A stretch of 64,000 nucleotides of DNA from a virus: the IMG/VR virus record IMGVR_UViG_3300032080_000003, positions 1 through 64,000 of that record. One strand, given 5' to 3'. The notes beneath the pieces were generated by a model that was not told the origin of the DNA, did no database searches, and saw only the letters and a program-made list of their open reading frames with translations. Below, piece by piece: positions 60,465 to 64,000 of this stretch. How positions within the stretch are numbered: position 1 is the stretch's first letter; every line of letters begins with the position of its first letter. The position numbers and the translations under genes are program-made.

Positions 60465-60630
60465 ACCACAATACAGACAACTTCAACGAGACGGATATTG
60501 CCGGATCTGTGAAGAAGTAATTGAAGCTAAAAAGGATTGGTGTGCTAGTTGGTATAGTAGTTGTAATAGAGGAACACACATACACATCTGCCCAAAGTGT
60601 GTTCGGGATCTTTATGAGCTACTGCCATGA
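60457..60630 (+). CDS. small zinc-ribbon protein
   Basis: 57 aa with CRIC ... CPKC. Overlaps both neighbours. Confidence 0.5.
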   Translation: MPEPQYRQLQRDGYCRICEEVIEAKKDWCASWYSSCNRGTHIHICPKCVRDLYELLP

Positions 60631-61175
60631 ACGCCCCTTGGCTAACACCACAAGGGCTTAAGATATGGAAGACTGAATCACAATACTGGAACTGGCTGCG
60701 TGGGTCACTTAGACGCTTGTGGGGAGACTATCCACTCCGTAAGCAATGGAAAGCTGACCAACTCCGTTTGATTACACCAGAGGAGAAGGCTAGTAAAAAG
60801 TTTCACCCTTCCACAAAGAATCTTGGACAATGCTTTTATTGTGAACAGTGGTTTGCAGGAAGTAAGCTTGAGTGCGACCACAAGACACCATCTGGCGGGT
60901 GTAGAACAAAAGAGACAGCAGAGAGTTTTCTGTGGTATTGTGGTGGTGGTACAGGAGATGATTGGGTGTTATCTTGCAAACCATGCCACAAAGTGAAGAC
61001 CCATGGTGAAAGACAAGGGTTGACAATGGAAGAAAGTCGAATAGACAAAGAAGTCATTGCAATCATGAGCAGCAAGCTTGACAAAGAATGGCTTAAAGAA
61101 CGTAACATCATCCCTAAGAGTAATGCAAAACTTAGGCGTGAACAAATAGAGGAGTATATGAAGAATGCCGAGTGA
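60627..61175 (+). CDS. HNH endonuclease
   Basis: CFYCEQWFAGSKLECDHKTP ... CKPCHKVKTHGE (HNH with flanking Cys pairs). Confidence 0.8.
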   Translation: MNAPWLTPQGLKIWKTESQYWNWLRGSLRRLWGDYPLRKQWKADQLRLITPEEKASKKFHPSTKNLGQCFYCEQWFAGSKLECDHKTPSGGCRTKETAESFLWYCGGGTGDDWVLSCKPCHKVKTHGERQGLTMEESRIDKEVIAIMSSKLDKEWLKERNIIPKSNAKLRREQIEEYMKNAE

Positions 61176-61344
61176 AATTGACATCAACCTAATCTTCCTC
61201 AGGCTAGAGAAGCTTGAAGAACGTATTAAAGTGTTGGAAGCTGATGTGAATAATCTTAAGCCTGATGATTATTATCAAGTTAAGGCTTATTCTGCAACTA
61301 AACCTAAATGGCCGATACCACAATGGAAAGAGGATCTGAAATGA
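61165..61344 (+). CDS. hypothetical small protein
   Basis: 59 aa with a coiled-coil-like N-terminus. Confidence 0.5.
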   Translation: MPSEIDINLIFLRLEKLEERIKVLEADVNNLKPDDYYQVKAYSATKPKWPIPQWKEDLK

Positions 61345-61691
61345 AAGTAAAAACTTACTGCCCATACGAAACAAAGATATCTATTAATGGCACACAAATA
61401 ACAGGGCTTGCTGACGAGTATCTTTGTGATGCAAATCAAAGGCAATTCACATTGAAGCTACATGTAGCTAGTGACTCAGTAGAGTATATTAAGAGTCTTA
61501 CGAAAAATCAACACAATCCAGTTGTACGTGTAGATATTTATGTTGATCTTTCAGAACAAGGTGTTCATATTGATGTTTTTGATATAAAAGGTGAGTACAT
61601 CTTGGTTGATCAGTCTTACAATTTGAGTACAGATTTCCCGTTATATCAGTTCAAGTTTTTTAAGCTTATTGAAAAGTTGGATCTAAAATGA
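61341..61691 (+). CDS. hypothetical protein
   Basis: 116 aa from MKVKTYCPY (ATGA overlap). Confidence 0.6.
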   Translation: MKVKTYCPYETKISINGTQITGLADEYLCDANQRQFTLKLHVASDSVEYIKSLTKNQHNPVVRVDIYVDLSEQGVHIDVFDIKGEYILVDQSYNLSTDFPLYQFKFFKLIEKLDLK

Positions 61692-61782
61692 ACATCTTTA
61701 AAGACTACACAATGTGGCAATTGATTGTAGAATTTTCAGTCCACTATTCAATCTTCGTTAATCAAGTTGTAGGAATTTAGCT

Positions 61783-62025
61783 ATGAGCATTATTCTTGAG
61801 TTTCCTAAGTGTGTTAAGAAAGTGAGTGTTCAAGAAACTAAAGAGCTAACATACAAGGAAGCTCAGGATATGTTGATGGCTGAGTGGAATGAAAGGAATC
61901 AAGTGATTAGTGAGCAGTTCTGTACAATGAGTGTGTGGCAGAAGCAAGAGACATTGGACACAATTTTACAGATGAATTCTGATTTGTATAAAATTATTAT
62001 TGAGATGAAGGGGAAAGTGGAGTGA
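61783..62025 (+). CDS. hypothetical protein
   Basis: 80 aa. Confidence 0.6.
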   Translation: MSIILEFPKCVKKVSVQETKELTYKEAQDMLMAEWNERNQVISEQFCTMSVWQKQETLDTILQMNSDLYKIIIEMKGKVE

Positions 62026-62960
62026 TTAGTAAAGAATGGCACAATGAAGCACTAAGTTTGCGTGACAAGGGTTTTAGTGGTAGAGCTATTGCCAATATGA
62101 TTGGTAAGAGTAAGAGTCAAGTTAATGACTTGTTTAAGTTTATGTTTGATACAAAACAAGAAGTTAAACAGAAAAGTAAATCAATCATCCCTGATGGTCC
62201 TAAGGTACTAGTATACGATATTGAGACTGCTCCGATGCTCAGCTATTGCTGGGGATTGTGGGATCAAAACATCGGACTGAATCAAATCCACACAGACTGG
62301 CACGTCCTAAGTTGGGCCGCGAAATGGCTTCACAGTGACGATATCTTCTATGAAGATCAACGATTTGCTGAAAACATTGAGGACGACAAGAAACTTCTTG
62401 AAGGTATTTGGAAGCTGTTGGATGAAGCTGATTTTGTCATTACACAGAATGGTAAGAAATTTGACCAACGCAAACTGAACGCCCGTTTTGTCTTTCACGG
62501 TATGCAGCCACCAAGCAGTTATCGTCATATCGATGTGCTGTTGATTGCCAAAGCACAGTTTGGGTTTAGCTCAAATAAGCTTGAATTCATGACAGACAAG
62601 CTTTGCACTAAATACAAAAAATCTACTCATGCAAAGTTCCACGGTTTTTCTCTCTGGCGTGAGTGCCTCGCAGGCAACGAAGAAGCTTTCGATGAGATGA
62701 TGGATTACAATTGCCTAGATATTCTAAGCCTTCAGGAGTTGTTTGAAATTCTCGCTCCGTGGGACACTAAACTTCCGGTGTTTGAAGTCTATAAAGATTT
62801 AGTTTCTGAAAACGAAGAGTGGGTTAAGTCTGGATATGTCTACTCTAATGCTGGTAAGTATGATAGGTATAGAAATACAGTGACTGGACAACAACGTCGA
62901 GGTAAGGTAAACTTGTTGTCGAAAGATAAACGTCAAAGTCTGTTGTCTAATATTGTGTAG
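62022..62960 (+). CDS. DnaQ/PolB-exo-like 3'-5' exonuclease with N-terminal HTH
   Basis: LVYDIETAPM (Exo I), ITQNGKKFDQRKL (Exo II-like) and YNCLDILSLQE (Exo III-like). N-terminus has LRDKGFSGRAIANMIGKSKSQV. GTG start. Confidence 0.7.
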   Translation: MISKEWHNEALSLRDKGFSGRAIANMIGKSKSQVNDLFKFMFDTKQEVKQKSKSIIPDGPKVLVYDIETAPMLSYCWGLWDQNIGLNQIHTDWHVLSWAAKWLHSDDIFYEDQRFAENIEDDKKLLEGIWKLLDEADFVITQNGKKFDQRKLNARFVFHGMQPPSSYRHIDVLLIAKAQFGFSSNKLEFMTDKLCTKYKKSTHAKFHGFSLWRECLAGNEEAFDEMMDYNCLDILSLQELFEILAPWDTKLPVFEVYKDLVSENEEWVKSGYVYSNAGKYDRYRNTVTGQQRRGKVNLLSKDKRQSLLSNIV

Positions 62961-62968
62961 AGGGTGCT

Positions 62969-63634
62969 ATGGGTGTAAAGAGAAAGGATTTGGTGGGACA
63001 GAGATTCGAGCGGTGGGTGGTAGTATCAGAAGGAGAGGATTATATCTATCCTAAATCTGGTGATCGTTCTGCAAGATGGATTTGCCTCTGTGATTGTGGT
63101 AAAGAAAAGCTAGTTCATGGAGCACACCTTAAGAACGGTACAAGCCAATCCTGTGGATGCTACAACATTGAACAAAGCTCTACTCACGGCCTTTCTCAAA
63201 CACGAGCTTATGCAGCTTTCTGTCACATGAAGCGACGTTGTTCTGAAGATGCACCGCCCAAAGATAAAGAACTCTACTTTGATAAAGGAATTGGTATTTG
63301 TGATAGATGGAATGATGTGGTTGTATTTGTAGAGGATATGGGTGAATGTCCTGAAGGTTATGAACTTGAACGGGTTGATGGTACTTTAGGCTACAGTCCT
63401 GACAACTGCATTTGGGCAAGCGAGTTTACTCAAGCACAGAACAGGTCAACATTCAAGAATAATACTTCAGGTAAAACTGGTGTTGCTTGGAGTCCTCAAC
63501 ATGAAAAATGGCGAGTAGGTTTATCCCACAACAAAGTAAGGTATGAGGGAGGTTTATATTCTGACTTTAATGAGGCTGTTGAAGCCAGAGAAAAACTTGA
63601 ACTTAAGTTTCTAGGAAAGATAAAAGTAAAATAA
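62969..63634 (+). CDS. homing endonuclease-like protein, family 2
   Basis: Third paralog: FERWVVVSEG, CDCGKE..SQSCGC, THGL, MKRRC, LERVDGTLGYSPDNCIWA, plus AP2-like GVAWSPQHEKWRV. Confidence 0.75.
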   Translation: MGVKRKDLVGQRFERWVVVSEGEDYIYPKSGDRSARWICLCDCGKEKLVHGAHLKNGTSQSCGCYNIEQSSTHGLSQTRAYAAFCHMKRRCSEDAPPKDKELYFDKGIGICDRWNDVVVFVEDMGECPEGYELERVDGTLGYSPDNCIWASEFTQAQNRSTFKNNTSGKTGVAWSPQHEKWRVGLSHNKVRYEGGLYSDFNEAVEAREKLELKFLGKIKVK

Positions 63635-63638
63635 CCCT

Positions 63639-63662
63639 TGACTCATTCACATGAATGAGTCA
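63639..63662 (+). terminator. perfect 10-bp hairpin tgactcattc-acat-gaatgagtca
   Basis: Lies immediately after the stop of 62969..63634. No strong U-run. Confidence 0.45.
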
Positions 63663-63716
63663 TAATCCCTACGTACACACTATAAATAATCTGTAGAAAT
63701 AAATAGGAGAGAACAA

Positions 63717-64000
63717 TGAACACGAACACGCTTAAATTGGGGGATGTTGTAGTTGTCAAGAAAGGTGGTTGGGGCCTTGGTGATCACGATATTGATAAAT
63801 GTGTGACCCTTATGGTTGAAGAATACCCTTATGGTTGGACAGTTGAGGGTTACGATTGCGAACTTAGTAGTAGCCACCTCAGTAATATATGGGAACAAGC
63901 TTTTGGAGAAAACCCTCTAGTTCTGTTGAATGTGTTTGATAAACCTGAAAAAGAAACCATCGCCAAACCAATCCTTGAAGAACGTAAGGTTGGTAAAGTG
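63717..64000 (+). CDS. hypothetical protein (partial, runs off window end)
   Basis: ATG after AGGAGAG. The frame stays open to position 64000 (MNTNTLKLGDVVVVKKGGWGLGDH...). Confidence 0.6.

Noticed and set aside
1-64000. Lysogeny module, lysis cassette, tRNA genes, CRISPR array, transposase or IS elements
   Set aside because: - I found no integrase or recombinase motifs, no CI/Cro-like pair, no recognisable endolysin domains and no terminal inverted repeats with a transposase.
- The small membrane proteins present are not adjacent to any lysin-like gene, so none is called a holin.

Overview
This window is a gene-dense, AT-rich stretch of a tailed dsDNA phage genome. No integrase, repressor, tRNA, CRISPR array or recognisable lysis cassette was seen. 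All family assignments are by-eye motif recognition or synteny; no searches or folding were run.

Genes lie in four alternating transcription blocks:
- Block A, leftward, 1-20161: lambda-like head module (large terminase, portal, S49 protease/scaffold, decoration-like protein, major capsid), neck genes, a sheath-like protein, three tandem tube-like paralogs, a G/GT frameshift chaperone pair and the start of the tape measure gene. A tail-fibre cassette is displaced to between a basic/acidic 134-aa gene and the terminase.
- Block B, rightward, 20495-32646: early genes, including PhoH, a ClpP-like protease, dCMP deaminase and a run of tiny hyper-acidic proteins.
- Block C, leftward, 33480-48626: about 50 small ORFan genes organised as many sigma70-type promoter/terminator units.
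- Block D, rightward, 48798 to the window end: replication module with a T7 gp4-like primase-helicase, family-B DNA polymerase, gp2.5-like SSB, gp6-like exonuclease and a DnaQ-like exonuclease.

Eight free-standing homing-endonuclease-like genes are scattered through the window.

Observations most worth follow-up:
1. Two divergent paralogs of about 450 aa carry the ordered family-A polymerase / T7-type RNA polymerase motifs. Each sits at the head of a leftward block, and one is coupled to a minimal CCA-adding-type nucleotidyltransferase.
2. A 600-bp untranslated region upstream of the packaging/structural genes holds four hairpins with GGA-rich loops plus a symmetric TTAGCT half-site array.
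3. A G+C-rich island contains an amber-interrupted ORF.
4. A 12-bp helix within an interleaved (pseudoknot-type) repeat pair sequesters the ribosome-binding site of a homing endonuclease gene.
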